DNA from: Spirochaetia bacterium
Lineage (GTDB): Bacteria; Spirochaetota; Spirochaetia; DSM-27196; Salinispiraceae
Assembly: GCA_038204425.1 (NCBI GenBank)
Contig: JBBRCZ010000007.1
Coordinates: forward strand, 32,001 to 96,000
Reading direction: 5' to 3'
DNA length: 64,000 nucleotides
The notes beneath the pieces are model-generated. The model saw only the letters and a list, made by a program, of their open reading frames with translations, searched no databases and was not told the DNA's origin. The position numbers were made by a program, and so were the translations under genes. This document shows, one piece after another, positions 1-10,917 of this stretch (position 1 is the first letter of the stretch; the number at the start of each line of letters is the position of its first letter).

Positions 1-1
1 C

Positions 2-655
2 CATCAACCAAACAGGCTTTACCAGCCAGTCTTCTGTCTTATTGCTTTTGATTCCATAGAACCCAGTGGCCTGATCTTCCTCCAAAAAACGATACTCACT
101 TATTTGCACGACTTTATTTTCATATGCCAGCGAGTTGTCCATGGTGGCAACGCGATTAAACACAAACAGCGTGTAAAAGCCAAGATCAACCTCTCGCGAC
201 TCTGGGCCACGGCTAAGAAGACCGGTCTTGAGAACAACCGTCTTGCCACGCACAACAACGCTGTCAAACCGCAGCGGGCCCATACGGCTTTCGTCTTGCA
301 CAATTAGCACAGCAAAAAATTTGGCAAAGTCAAGTTGGTACTCTCTAATGAGATCGGGGTTTTCTTCCCGCTCGCCTCCTCGGCGCTCAGCGCTAGGAAG
401 CGTGCTTGGTATCGCCTCAACCAGGCTTTGCAGAGCAGCCTTAGTGGCTATAAGACTTGGTTTGGGCACAATAGCAGCCGAGCCCATACCGGGACCGGTT
501 CGCGTCAGCTGATAAGATCCAGTCATAACTGACTGCAGCCGCACTTGTTGGGCCGAGACAGAAACTAAAGAAGCAAGCAAAAATGCGCTCAACATAGTCA
601 AGGTCATGCTGGCTCTTGACAATCGATTAATTTTTGACGTTTGGCTGGTTTTCAT
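2..655 (-). CDS. Secreted hypothetical protein, runs off the left edge; possible WG-repeat-like region near the edge
   Basis: Not in the ORF track; translated by hand from ATG at 655 (MKTSQTSKINRLSRASMTLTMLSAFLLASLVSVSAQQ...), open to the window edge. GGAGGTG SD upstream; signal peptide ending VSA-Q; edge sequence GFYGIKSNKTEDWLVKPVW. Confidence 0.75.
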   Translation of the reverse strand, partial: MKTSQTSKINRLSRASMTLTMLSAFLLASLVSVSAQQVRLQSVMTGSYQLTRTGPGMGSAAIVPKPSLIATKAALQSLVEAIPSTLPSAERRGGEREENPDLIREYQLDFAKFFAVLIVQDESRMGPLRFDSVVVRGKTVVLKTGLLSRGPESREVDLGFYTLFVFNRVATMDNSLAYENKVVQISEYRFLEEDQATGFYGIKSNKTEDWLVKPVWLM

Positions 656-724
656 ACTTCACCTCCAGATGAGAAACACCTAAAGCCTAATGCTCGCAAT
701 GGCATAATGCAAGTCTAGTTGCGA

Positions 725-753
725 TTGACCAGCAAGCCAAAGCGCTGTAGTTT
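725..753 (+). promoter_or_regulatory. sigma70-type promoter for bcp, predicted leaderless
   Basis: TTGACC (725-730), 17 bp, TAGTTT (748-753), 6 nt, then ATG at 760; no SD. Confidence 0.6.
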
Positions 754-759
754 AAGTTC

Positions 760-1224
760 ATGAACCAGCAAGAATTAAAAGAGGGCCACCGCGCGCCCGA
801 CTTTACCCTAAACAACCAAGATCAAAAACCAGTAAGTTTGAGCTCCCTGCGTGGTCAGACGGTGGTACTTTTCTTCTATCCGCAAGATGACACCCCCGGT
901 TGCACCAAAGAGGCCTGTAGTTTGCGCAATGGCGTAGAAGATGGCAGCTTAGCCGGTGTTACGCTAATTGGCATTAGCCCAGACAACATTTTGTCACATC
1001 AACAATTTCGCATGAAATACCAGCTTCCCTTTGATCTCTTAACCGACCCAGATCACAAGGTACTGGAACTATATGGAGCCTGGGGAGAAAAGAATCTCTA
1101 CGGCAAGGTGGGTGTTGGTGTCAAACGGTCAACGATTGTCATTGATTCGGAAGGCCTGATAAAAAAGATCATCCGCAAGGTAAATACCGACGACCACGCA
1201 GTACAAGTTAAACCTTACCTCTAG
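760..1224 (+). CDS. bcp: Peroxiredoxin Bcp/PrxQ
   Basis: APDFTL, FYPQDDTPGCTKEAC (peroxidatic and resolving Cys), RST motif. Confidence 0.95.
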   Translation: MNQQELKEGHRAPDFTLNNQDQKPVSLSSLRGQTVVLFFYPQDDTPGCTKEACSLRNGVEDGSLAGVTLIGISPDNILSHQQFRMKYQLPFDLLTDPDHKVLELYGAWGEKNLYGKVGVGVKRSTIVIDSEGLIKKIIRKVNTDDHAVQVKPYL

Positions 1225-1246
1225 GCTTGGCTGTGGGCCAAGTTTA
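1222..1246. terminator. Hairpin between convergent bcp and pbpC
   Basis: CTTGGC-tgtgg-GCCAAG stem, extendable with G-U pairs. Confidence 0.45.
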
Positions 1247-3688
1247 CTGGCTGCTAGGTCTTTGCAAGATGGTAAAACGGCGCGTCAAGCTCTTGCCTGC
1301 GTCGTCCATCACCAAAAGCTCATGTGTTCCAGCGCTCGGCCTGAGTTCAATACTGTGTATGTCGTTGCTTGATCCCAAATAGCCCCCGTCAAGGTGCCAA
1401 TAGAGCTTGCTTTGAGGATCACGGTGGGCAACCTGAAATACCGTTTTCCCAAGCGTTCCATCAATTTCTATCGGAATATAGATGAGTGCATTTTCCTCAG
1501 GAAAAACTAGACTAAATCGACGTTGTTCATCATCGCTCTGCAAGGCTGCTAGACTTGGATCCAGTGGTGGTAGCGGTTTGTAGAGTCCGTTCCAACGTCG
1601 GTAGTAAAACTCAAGCGCCGGCGGCAAGACAAACCAACGGCGATGCAACATTTTTTCTACCGGGTAGGTCTGCGAGCCAACTTGGCGTGTCCCTGTCTCG
1701 TCCAAGTGAATCGTGCGGCAGTAGGGGCAGACCTGACTCTCTTGAGCCCTGCGTGGAAGCAACTGTTCCTTGCTGTTTTGGCAATCGGGTCCAGCCAAGT
1801 AGCCAGAGTCCGTACAAACTTTAACTAGATACAATCCACTTGCTGGGGCAAAGGGCGGACTTTTAGGCAGGATACCAAAAATCTCAAACAAGACTGGCGC
1901 TGCAGCTTCGGAACCCTTGAGACCGGGCCTACCTTGGCCACTTGCGTTGCCTACCCATACTGCTACCACATAACGACTGCTGGCTCCAATCGCCCAAGCG
2001 TCTCTGTATCCTTGGCTCGTGCCAGTTTTCCATGCAATTTGTCGTGCATGGGCAAATTGTTCCCAGGAGGCCTCGTCCTCTGGCCTATGCACATTGGTAA
2101 GGGTCATTGCAGTCAACCACGCACTTGCGGGGCTTATGGGGTAGTCTTTAAAAGGTAAACGGTTTTGCGCTTGGTTGGCAAGATCGGCAAAGAGCCAGCT
2201 TAGCTCCCAGAGGCTGGCCTCGGCGCCACCAATTACCAAAGGAAGTCCATACATGTCGGCTGTCCTAAACAAGGAGCTTATGCCCAGTATCTTGAGCTGG
2301 TCGTAAAATCGCTTTATACCGTAGCTGCGCAACAATCTCACAAAAGGAATGTTGAGGCTGCGTGCCAGGGCTTCGGAGGCTGGAACGGCACCGCCATAGC
2401 GCTTGATATTATTCTCGGGCATAAAGCCACCAAAGCGGGTTGGAATATCGACAACCAGTTGGTCAGGCAAGAGCTCACCAGCTTCAAGCATAAGTGCGTA
2501 CAAAAATGGTTTGAGCAAGCTACCTGTACTACGCCGCGCTAGAATCAAGTCGTTCCAGAATCCCTCGTCACCTTGCAATTTTGCAACACCAACGTTGGGT
2601 CGGTTGCCGGCCCAGGCAAGAACTTTGTTTTCGGCCAGATCAATCACCAAGGCGGACAAGTGTTGGATACCGTTGCCTTGCAACCGTTCTTGGTGACGAG
2701 CCAGAATATCGTTAAGATTTTGCTGTTGAAAGTAGTCAATAGAAGTTTTAAAGACAGGCCCCTTGCCTTCTATGGCCCGGTCAAGGCTGTGCAGCATTGC
2801 TCCATAACCAGCAAGCTGGCCAAAATCCTCGCCGCCCGCTTTTCGTCGTGCCAGATCCAACAAGTGTGGGCTCAGATGTGGCAGCTCACGAGGCCTCAAA
2901 GGAATGTCCTCAGCCAGTGCTGAACGAAGACTCGCTTGGTCAAGTTCTCCATTGGCTGCCAAGGCATACAAGAGTCTGTCGCGCTTTTCTTTTAATTGTT
3001 GGCGATTTCTACCTGGATGCATGAGAGCTGGACTGTTGGGCAGGACGGCCAAAAGCGCCGACTCGCCCCAGGATAGCATGTGCGGGCCTCGCCCAAACCA
3101 GCGCCAAGACGCTGCTTCTATGCCGACTACATTGGCCCCAAAAGGAGCATTGTTTGCATAACTGCGCAGTATCTCTTGCTTTGTAGTAAGCACTTCCATT
3201 CCCAAGGCTAAGATGGACTCAAGAACCTTCTCTGGTATGGTTCTATCCGGGTTACCACGGGACATTCTCACAACTTGCATAGTCAAGGTTGAGCCACCTG
3301 AGACGACTTTTCCTTGACTGACATTACTAAACAAGGCTCGTGTCAGTGCCACCGGATCCAAACCACGGTGCAAATAGAAACGTCGATCCTCAAAAGCAAC
3401 TAATGCTTTGACGTATTTTTGCGGCAATTCCGTACTAGATTCAAACCGCCACTGACCGTCCTTGGCAATGCTGGCACCAAGAAGGCGTCCCTCGCGATCC
3501 AACAAGACGGTAGAAAATGGCAAGTCAAAGAGTAGCCGAGGAAAAAGCACGTTGACGACAACAAGCAACAACAGACCAAATGCCAATGAAAACACTGGAG
3601 CATAGAAAAAACCCCAGCCCAATGGCAGGGGTTTTTCCAAATAAGTATCTTTGATTTCTTGTGTCTTCACTGCACGCGCATCAAGCAA
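1244..3688 (-). CDS. pbpC: Penicillin-binding protein 1C
   Basis: Transglycosylase motifs EDRRFY and GGSTLTMQ; transpeptidase SLLK, SLN and KTG; C-terminal BiPBP_C-like domain; adjacent to alpha-2-macroglobulin. Start uncertain. Confidence 0.95.
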   Translation of the reverse strand: MLDARAVKTQEIKDTYLEKPLPLGWGFFYAPVFSLAFGLLLLVVVNVLFPRLLFDLPFSTVLLDREGRLLGASIAKDGQWRFESSTELPQKYVKALVAFEDRRFYLHRGLDPVALTRALFSNVSQGKVVSGGSTLTMQVVRMSRGNPDRTIPEKVLESILALGMEVLTTKQEILRSYANNAPFGANVVGIEAASWRWFGRGPHMLSWGESALLAVLPNSPALMHPGRNRQQLKEKRDRLLYALAANGELDQASLRSALAEDIPLRPRELPHLSPHLLDLARRKAGGEDFGQLAGYGAMLHSLDRAIEGKGPVFKTSIDYFQQQNLNDILARHQERLQGNGIQHLSALVIDLAENKVLAWAGNRPNVGVAKLQGDEGFWNDLILARRSTGSLLKPFLYALMLEAGELLPDQLVVDIPTRFGGFMPENNIKRYGGAVPASEALARSLNIPFVRLLRSYGIKRFYDQLKILGISSLFRTADMYGLPLVIGGAEASLWELSWLFADLANQAQNRLPFKDYPISPASAWLTAMTLTNVHRPEDEASWEQFAHARQIAWKTGTSQGYRDAWAIGASSRYVVAVWVGNASGQGRPGLKGSEAAAPVLFEIFGILPKSPPFAPASGLYLVKVCTDSGYLAGPDCQNSKEQLLPRRAQESQVCPYCRTIHLDETGTRQVGSQTYPVEKMLHRRWFVLPPALEFYYRRWNGLYKPLPPLDPSLAALQSDDEQRRFSLVFPEENALIYIPIEIDGTLGKTVFQVAHRDPQSKLYWHLDGGYLGSSNDIHSIELRPSAGTHELLVMDDAGKSLTRRFTILQRPSSQ

Positions 3689-3702
3689 AGAAGCCGCACG
3701 CT

Positions 3703-6700
3703 CTACTTACCATCACCAGTACTCGGCTTGGACCCAAAGTTGACCCAGTAGCCAGCCTGCGTTGCTTGTATCTCTTCATTGTACATGGCGTAGACTTTAG
3801 TAGCTGGTTGATAAAATTTACCTTTGTACACGGCCGAGAGGGGGATCTTAAAGGTCTTAAACTGACCCGGGTTTAGACTAAAGTAGATATACACGCGGTC
3901 GTCTCTGATGTCCATATAGTCGTAGTCTTTGGCCTTTTGACTAGTATCCGAATCCTGAGCACCCGCCTGCATTCGCTCGTTGATAATTTCAAAGCCAGAA
4001 GCGATTTGGAAGCTTAACGCCATTTGTTCCAGTTTTTTGCCACGGCTTACGTTATTTATTACCGTAACCTGAGCGGTTACATCATCACCAGCACTTACTT
4101 GGTCCAGACTTTGCAATCTTCGTCCCTCAGAATCGAGCCAAGAGAGTGCCATGCCAACACCCGAGTTGGCTGTTTTTTCGCCCCCGAGTTGCGGTACACC
4201 CGTCATCACGATACGTGGGAAAAAGGGAGTAGCTCCCGTGTTTACCAGATCCCAGTCAACATTAGAGGCGTTACTTGAAAGCGGAAGTTCGATTCGCAAA
4301 ACGGCCTTGTCGGAAGAAAGCGCAATGTTTGAGCCATTCCACTTAAGGGTGGCTGTCACTCGCTTTCCACCCGACATATAGCCAGCAAATCTGGACAGAG
4401 CCAAAAGTCCGTAGGCAGTTTCTTGAGTGCTCAACCAATCACTTTTGGAAAGTCGTTCGCTCAAGTCTCTCGCCAGTTCTAATCCGCCAGCTGGGTTGTT
4501 GAGGATCATCATGGACTCGAGGATCATGGCCTTGTCACGGAAGTCGGAACCAAAGCTTCCACCCAATTCACGATAAGTATCTACCAAAAAATCGGCCTTA
4601 GATACCAAGTCTCGTGAGCTCGCGCCCTGTCCCATTAAGAGATAGGCAGCCGCAAGTCGCCATCGTGCAGTACTGTTGCCCAAACTACCACTTTCCTTAA
4701 GTCGGTTAAGTGTGGACAGCTCAGCGCTGCCATCAAGGGCCAAGCCATACAGGCGATACGCTTGGTCAAGAGCCGTAGAATCGTCGTCTCTTTGTTGATT
4801 CGACCATGCATTGGCAGCTTCTCGTTGGAACTTTCTCCAATTGTTAAGCATGTCGTCGGGTACTGAGTAGCCACGTTTTTTGGCTTCGAGTATAAAGTGC
4901 CCGGCATAATTGCTTCCCCAGCCACTTGGAATGGGGTCACCCGGCCAGTAGCCAAACCCACCAGAAGGGGTCATAAAGCTCTTGAGCCGTTCTATACCAG
5001 CTTGAATGTTGGTTTGAATTCTACTCTTTTGTTCGGCGCTAAGGTCCATCACCTCGCCCAAGAACAACTGTGGAAAAACCCCCGAGGTAGTCTGTTCAAT
5101 ACAACCATGAGGGTAGGCTATCAGGTATTCCAGTCGTTTTCCAAGATCAATTGGTGGCAACGTGGTTAGCTCTATCCAAACTTTGTTGCTGCCAGGATAG
5201 CCTGCCAGCGTTGACTTACTTTCCTGCCAGTTTTTGCCAGCCAGTAGTGCGCCGGTAGAACTAGGCTGCTTAACCACCGTCTGTGAACTGGCCGGTAAAC
5301 GCAGGTCAAACTCCACTTCTTGGCGTGCCTTTTCTCGCGGCCCCTGGGCTTCGACAACTAGCCTTGCGATACCAATTCTCTCAAGCGCTTTTATGCGAAA
5401 GCTCACAATTTGATCGCCGGGTTCCTTAAATATAGCATTAGTGCTGGAAGGTGAAACAAGCGTAATTGGTCCATCCAGTTTGATGCTAACTGGTATCGAG
5501 CGCGCACCAGTGCCCATCCAAAAAACGCTGACTGGAATCTCGGCTTCTTCGCCTGGCGCAAGAACCCGCGGTACTGTTGGCAAAACCATGACTTCTTGCT
5601 TTACAAAGACTGATTTTTCGGCGGCGCCAAAACTAGGAAAGACTTTGCTTTGTGGCCCAGTTAGTGAAATCTGCGTGTCGGGTCTAGTTACCGTGCCTAG
5701 CTTATCTGCTGCCACCACCATAATCCGCACCGCGCCAATATATTGAGGCAGTTGAATCTCATGACTGTTCTCAGCGCCAGCTGCAAGCTTGCTAGGTGCA
5801 ATAAACCTAACCAAGGGTGGAAAACGATTGGCCTTTTTGCGACCAGCGCCGTCCAGTTCGTCACCGCCACCTATCGCCAGCAAGTTTTCTAACTTGCCAG
5901 CAAGTGCACCAGCAACCATGTCATATAAGTCCCAGGTCTTGATAAGACTCGCTTCTCTTTTGTAGAACTGGGCCCATGGATTGGGCACGCCAAAGCGAGT
6001 CAGTCCCAAAAGCCCTTCGTCAACCAAAGCCAAGGTATACGTCATAGGACGCCCGGTGCTCTCTTTTACTTTTACCGTAATTTTTTGGCCTGGCTTAAAC
6101 TCGTCGGCACTGGTAATTACCGGAGTAAGTCGACTATCGCGATTCTCTATTAAAATTGGCAGTATGCCATAGGTTCTTATAGGCAAATCATTGGCAGTTT
6201 GCAGGTGTGGTTGAATAAAGCTGACATGAATGTATACGTTGGGAGCCATTTCTGCCGTAATAGGCAGTTTGTATTGGCTGGTTTCGCCACTAGCGGTGAT
6301 CCACTCTTGCTTAATCAGCCGACCAGCTTTTTCGATAGCTACCAATGCACGACCATCTTTGTTGCCAGGAATGCTAATAGTAGCGGTTTCTCCAGTTTGA
6401 TAACTGGACTTGTCGCTTGAGAGCAGCAGCATGGAAGCACCGCTGGCGCCGCTGTCTTTCTGTCTACCTGCCCAGCCTGGCCAGTCGATGTATTTGATAA
6501 CCGAAGTGGCGTGACCACCATCGGGATCGCTGACCCTTACCAAGTAACGACCCCAGTTTGGGTAGGCAACTTTAAACTTCCACTCGCCACGACCATTGCG
6601 AATATCTATGTCACCTTGAGCTACGCGACTATTTGAGCCTGAGGCTACAAAATCCGCCAGATTACTGTCGGCCGATTTTTCCCACCACCAACGCCAGTTA

Positions 6701-9414
6701 ATTTGATAAAGCTCAGCTCGTAGCTTGCCTGATCCAATCGGCTTGCCGGCGTTGTCAACCAAAGCAACAATAACTGAATGATCAATATCGGTGAGCAACA
6801 TGCCACGCAGCTTGTCTCCAGCAGGAACATTGATGCCAACGTAGCGAGGATAAGGATGGTAGTCCAAACTAAAGGAATCTACAGAAAAAGATCCAGAAGG
6901 TTCATAGACTCTAGTGTCAAAGTTTGCCCTGAGTTTACCAGGCGCGTAACCTTGAGTTTCAATTTGAGAGTTAACAGCGACCTTACCATTGTTGTCTAAG
7001 TTGCCGGTAAAAATAACGCGCGGTTCATCGCTATAGATTCGCGATGCGTCGTCAAAAGTATAATTTTCAAAGCCTGTAAACCCGGTTACACTTTGGTTTA
7101 GCGCTACCTTGATCTCGGCCCGCAGACCAGGAGCCTTGGCTCCATGCAGCCACAGCGCTTCTAAACCGGCACTGAGCTTGCCACCACTAATAAACGTGGC
7201 ATTGTTATTCAGCTTAAAGTCAATCTTAAGCCGATTTGGCATGACGGTTTCTATTTTAAGCGCCTTTTCAAATACACGCCCACCAACCCGTACGCGAGCC
7301 ATCCAGTTGCCGGTAGGAGCGTCCTCATCCGTTATCATAGGAAAATAGTAGAATCCGTCCACCGAACTGTTGAGTGTCTTGCTGCGATAAAGTTGATTCT
7401 GAGGAGTAAGCAAGTCAAGGACTATCGGATGACTGGCCGGCAGTCTTCCTTGTGGATCGTGAAGCAAAAAGGTCAAGAAAATGTCGTCACCTGGACGCCA
7501 AACCCCACGTTCACCATACAGAAAGCCCTTAAAACCCTGCTCGGCTTTGTCGCCCGCAATGTCAAAATGGCTGCTTGCAAGCACGTCACCTTCGGCCACC
7601 TTGAGGTAGGCATGTTGATTGCCCCGCTTTGCAACTACAAAATATGCTTTGCCGTCTCCAAGTTCAAAGTCCGCTACCCCGCTTGCGTCACTGACACCAG
7701 TTCCAAGAACTTGTCGCGTGTAGTCCAAAAGTTGAATATCTACCCCGCCCATAGGGCTGGCTGATTTCAAATCTACGGCCGTTACTTTGACTTTATTGTC
7801 GGTTCCGCGACGTGCAATTAGACCAATGTCTGATATCATTATATTGCGTTCGACATCTATCTTATGATCCCACCAAGCACGATAGTAAGAATCAGAATTG
7901 GGATTGTTTCTTTCTTCATAGCCTGCGTATTCGTCTTGATCTTCGTAGTAGTCCCAATAGGAATTTTCTTTCTCATTTTCGCCAGGAATCTGCAAGTCGC
8001 TCCACTTGACCTCGTTTACGTCTCCGCTAGCCGAGAGCCAAGAGGTGTGGGGCTTGCGGAAGCTAATTTTAAGATTAAAGAGTCCATCCGGGTGGTTTTT
8101 TAAAAGCTGTGTCATGTCCAGGCCCCGACGCACCCATTTGTCTTGGTCTGACGTTTTGTAGCCCAAATCAATCACTTGGCGCCAGACAGACTTGCCTACT
8201 CTGACGAGGTCGCTCGTGCCGGCCAAATTATTCACTTGCAAGAACTGAGGAATGTTCTCATGGTAGACTCTGATGGCCTCCACCATTAAATAACGCAAGT
8301 TGAGCGTCTCGATTGGCACCGTCAATCCTTGGCTGCTTGGAATAATAACGCCTTTTCCTACAAATCGAACCGCTGGCTTTTCTGATGGCGCTGCTACAGG
8401 CCGTGCCTGGGTTTGTACCAAAACACGGGTTTTGTCTGCTGATTTAAATCCCTTGGCAACAAAGACTTGACCTTGTGCAGGCCAGTCTCCGTCTTTATAG
8501 ACCTTTACAACCGAACCCTTGGCAGCAACTCTGACTGGCAGAACTTTGCCGGCCTGGTCCTTTAGCTCTACCATGCCACCAAAGTTTTGACTCTCGTCGA
8601 CTGGTTCCGAAAAATACAAAAGCAAGTGTCGTCCGCCGTCATCGCTGAGCTGGCTCGACACCAAGCTAAAGGACTGCGTTCCGGAAACCACGATCGACTT
8701 TTCTAAGAAGGAGGCCGCACCCAAACGTGGGCCATCAAGCTTAAAGTTTACGACTTCGTCGCTAGTGCCACGCGCTAATTTTTCTAAAACAAAATGATGA
8801 ACACGATTGTCCTTTTGGTGCTGCCAGACAATACTACTTGGGCTGGAGCGGTACCAAGCTTGCAAGGCAGACTCGATAGTTTTACCGTCTTCTGGCTCAT
8901 TAAGTGTAATGGTACCATCGATTCGCATAAAATCCGGCGAGCCAAAAACAGTCTGAGCTTGACTTAGATCCAAGTCGATTCCTTGCGCAGCAGTATGCAC
9001 TACAAAACCAAAATCCTGTGCGTCAGGAAAGGCCGCTCTAAGCAAGCCAGCTTCAAAAATAACGTCGTAGCGAGCTTTGCGCTCTAGCGGGCGGTCAGGA
9101 ACAAACTCCAATACATTGGCAGAGGTCCATTTGGAGACTCCCGAAACACTAGGATTAAGCTTGATTGCGTTAGCCAAAAAATCCGGGGTGTCCACCAAGC
9201 CTCTAATATCATTTACAAACTCAATTCTAATGGCACTGCTTGCTGAAATTTGTCCCGTGCTATGAGCATGAACAAAGCTGTCCCTTGGTGCCTTATAAAC
9301 CAGATTGCTAGAACAACTTGCCATCACCAAGGCGACAAGCAAAGTCCCTATAAACAAAGTCCATGTAAATAGACCCACCATTTTCTTTGAATCAGAACCA
9401 GGTATCTTAGTCAT
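3703..9414 (-). CDS. Bacterial alpha-2-macroglobulin lipoprotein with thioester motif
   Basis: About 1900 aa; lipobox VMASC; ERGVWRPGD MG2 motif; LVDEGLL; YPHGCIEQ thioester; DIRDDRV near the C-terminus. Start moved to ATG 9414 (AAGGA SD). Confidence 0.95.
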   Translation of the reverse strand: MTKIPGSDSKKMVGLFTWTLFIGTLLVALVMASCSSNLVYKAPRDSFVHAHSTGQISASSAIRIEFVNDIRGLVDTPDFLANAIKLNPSVSGVSKWTSANVLEFVPDRPLERKARYDVIFEAGLLRAAFPDAQDFGFVVHTAAQGIDLDLSQAQTVFGSPDFMRIDGTITLNEPEDGKTIESALQAWYRSSPSSIVWQHQKDNRVHHFVLEKLARGTSDEVVNFKLDGPRLGAASFLEKSIVVSGTQSFSLVSSQLSDDGGRHLLLYFSEPVDESQNFGGMVELKDQAGKVLPVRVAAKGSVVKVYKDGDWPAQGQVFVAKGFKSADKTRVLVQTQARPVAAPSEKPAVRFVGKGVIIPSSQGLTVPIETLNLRYLMVEAIRVYHENIPQFLQVNNLAGTSDLVRVGKSVWRQVIDLGYKTSDQDKWVRRGLDMTQLLKNHPDGLFNLKISFRKPHTSWLSASGDVNEVKWSDLQIPGENEKENSYWDYYEDQDEYAGYEERNNPNSDSYYRAWWDHKIDVERNIMISDIGLIARRGTDNKVKVTAVDLKSASPMGGVDIQLLDYTRQVLGTGVSDASGVADFELGDGKAYFVVAKRGNQHAYLKVAEGDVLASSHFDIAGDKAEQGFKGFLYGERGVWRPGDDIFLTFLLHDPQGRLPASHPIVLDLLTPQNQLYRSKTLNSSVDGFYYFPMITDEDAPTGNWMARVRVGGRVFEKALKIETVMPNRLKIDFKLNNNATFISGGKLSAGLEALWLHGAKAPGLRAEIKVALNQSVTGFTGFENYTFDDASRIYSDEPRVIFTGNLDNNGKVAVNSQIETQGYAPGKLRANFDTRVYEPSGSFSVDSFSLDYHPYPRYVGINVPAGDKLRGMLLTDIDHSVIVALVDNAGKPIGSGKLRAELYQINWRWWWEKSADSNLADFVASGSNSRVAQGDIDIRNGRGEWKFKVAYPNWGRYLVRVSDPDGGHATSVIKYIDWPGWAGRQKDSGASGASMLLLSSDKSSYQTGETATISIPGNKDGRALVAIEKAGRLIKQEWITASGETSQYKLPITAEMAPNVYIHVSFIQPHLQTANDLPIRTYGILPILIENRDSRLTPVITSADEFKPGQKITVKVKESTGRPMTYTLALVDEGLLGLTRFGVPNPWAQFYKREASLIKTWDLYDMVAGALAGKLENLLAIGGGDELDGAGRKKANRFPPLVRFIAPSKLAAGAENSHEIQLPQYIGAVRIMVVAADKLGTVTRPDTQISLTGPQSKVFPSFGAAEKSVFVKQEVMVLPTVPRVLAPGEEAEIPVSVFWMGTGARSIPVSIKLDGPITLVSPSSTNAIFKEPGDQIVSFRIKALERIGIARLVVEAQGPREKARQEVEFDLRLPASSQTVVKQPSSTGALLAGKNWQESKSTLAGYPGSNKVWIELTTLPPIDLGKRLEYLIAYPHGCIEQTTSGVFPQLFLGEVMDLSAEQKSRIQTNIQAGIERLKSFMTPSGGFGYWPGDPIPSGWGSNYAGHFILEAKKRGYSVPDDMLNNWRKFQREAANAWSNQQRDDDSTALDQAYRLYGLALDGSAELSTLNRLKESGSLGNSTARWRLAAAYLLMGQGASSRDLVSKADFLVDTYRELGGSFGSDFRDKAMILESMMILNNPAGGLELARDLSERLSKSDWLSTQETAYGLLALSRFAGYMSGGKRVTATLKWNGSNIALSSDKAVLRIELPLSSNASNVDWDLVNTGATPFFPRIVMTGVPQLGGEKTANSGVGMALSWLDSEGRRLQSLDQVSAGDDVTAQVTVINNVSRGKKLEQMALSFQIASGFEIINERMQAGAQDSDTSQKAKDYDYMDIRDDRVYIYFSLNPGQFKTFKIPLSAVYKGKFYQPATKVYAMYNEEIQATQAGYWVNFGSKPSTGDGK

Positions 9415-9501
9415 AGCTATGTTTCCTTTTTGCTTGTGCATTTCTTGCCGACGACGTTTTTATTTCTCTTGCGGATGACACTGGACAGCAACATCGCTAT
9501 T

Positions 9502-10152
9502 CTAGCGAATTTCGATGTTGACATTAAATTCGGCTTTAGTTTGATTGTAGCTCATCTTGGTGAAACGGAGCGATCCTTGTTTAATTCCAACTGCTTGCGC
9601 TTCACGCAGGGCCCAATTGAGAAAGCTCAGCATAATTTGGTCAGACGGCCACGATCGAGCGTTGCCCTGTTTTTGTAAATCTGCATCACTAAGCAACATG
9701 CTGAGCATCAGAGTTTTTTTTGCCTTTTCTTGCGAGACCTTTCCTAGGTCAACGGTAGAATCAAGTCGCCATATTCCCAATGCACCAGAGCTTGCAATCT
9801 GCGACCTAGTTGTATCAAGGGCCGAAAAAGCGCTTTCTCTTTGATATACCATACCGTTGGCCCCGGTTTCAAAATTAGTGTCAAAAAAGTAGCCAATCAA
9901 TCCATTGGAAAAATTTGAGAACGACAGTCGTTTTGCCTCGTTCATGTCTTCGGGTGCTACCATAAAGAGGCTCACCTTTACCCAATTAACGACATGCCCG
10001 CCATTGCCAGTTTGAACAAGAGTTTTTTCTGAACTGGTGCAGGAAAGTGTTGCAAGGAGAAAGGTGCCTATGACCGTTATGGCTATACCGCTCATAACTT
10101 TGGCAGCGGCTATGGATTGGGCTTTGGAAGATGCCATTTTTTCGATATTCAT
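9502..10152 (-). CDS. Hypothetical lipoprotein
   Basis: 216 aa; hydrophobic segment ending LATLSC; no recognisable domain. Confidence 0.7.
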   Translation of the reverse strand: MNIEKMASSKAQSIAAAKVMSGIAITVIGTFLLATLSCTSSEKTLVQTGNGGHVVNWVKVSLFMVAPEDMNEAKRLSFSNFSNGLIGYFFDTNFETGANGMVYQRESAFSALDTTRSQIASSGALGIWRLDSTVDLGKVSQEKAKKTLMLSMLLSDADLQKQGNARSWPSDQIMLSFLNWALREAQAVGIKQGSLRFTKMSYNQTKAEFNVNIEIR

Positions 10153-10158
10153 AAGCTA

Positions 10159-10187
10159 AGTTTCGAGCAATTACCTTGCAGTGTCAA
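10159..10187 (-). promoter_or_regulatory. sigma70-type promoter, predicted leaderless
   Basis: TTGACA, 17 bp, GAAACT (weak -10), 6 nt, then ATG at 10152. Confidence 0.45.
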
Positions 10188-10191
10188 CCAA

Positions 10192-10917
10192 TCAAGTCTC
10201 AGCCAAGCTAGCTTCTAGCAATATTCCATTATCAAGGCACAGCACGCGGTCACACAAGCCTGACGGCAGGTTTTGGAAACCATGGACCAAAATAGCGGCC
10301 ATACCATATTCAGTTTTTCTCTTGGCTAGCATGCACCCCAAGCGTTCTTGCGTGGAGGTGTTTACCAAAGACCAGGGATCGTCAGCAAGCAGAAGATCTG
10401 GACACTGCAGAAAGGCTCTGGCGATAGCAATCAAGTGGCATTCGCCATGAGAAAGTTGCTGACTCTTACATTTTAGCAGCGCCGTTTCGAGCCCGAGTTC
10501 GTCAAAAATAGCTTCAATCGCCGCTAGTTGCCAACCCGGCACCCGAGAGTATGCTTGACGACAAAGCCAAAGTGCCTCGCTCAAGTGGGTAGCAACGGTC
10601 TGCTGCGGATCAAGTGAGGCACGACCGTCATGGTAAATCATGGCGCGACGCTTACTGTGGTTTTTGATCTTGCCTGCGCTCGGTTTGAGAAAGCCAGAAC
10701 TCAAGCGCAAGAGCGTAGTTTTGCCGCTTGCCATTGGACCGCCTAGGCCGACAAACTGCCCAGGCACAAGAATCAGATTGACGTCATTTAAGAGCTTTTT
10801 CTGCGAAATAGCGGACGTAAAGGATTTTGGCCAATTGGGCGGCCAATCAAAGGATAGGCTGGAGATTTGTAAAATCAGTTCTGGCTCTTGCAACTGTTTA
10901 GCTTGTGCTTGGGTCAT
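10192..10917 (-). CDS. oppF: Oligopeptide ABC ATPase OppF-like, degenerate
   Basis: Walker A GPMASGKT; altered signature LSHGE; Walker B LLLADDP; last gene of the opp operon. Confidence 0.75.
   Translation of the reverse strand: MTQAQAKQLQEPELILQISSLSFDWPPNWPKSFTSAISQKKLLNDVNLILVPGQFVGLGGPMASGKTTLLRLSSGFLKPSAGKIKNHSKRRAMIYHDGRASLDPQQTVATHLSEALWLCRQAYSRVPGWQLAAIEAIFDELGLETALLKCKSQQLSHGECHLIAIARAFLQCPDLLLADDPWSLVNTSTQERLGCMLAKRKTEYGMAAILVHGFQNLPSGLCDRVLCLDNGILLEASLAET

Noticed and set aside
100..532. Four short ORFs in the ORF track
   Set aside because: Better explained by the longer minus-strand gene starting at 655.
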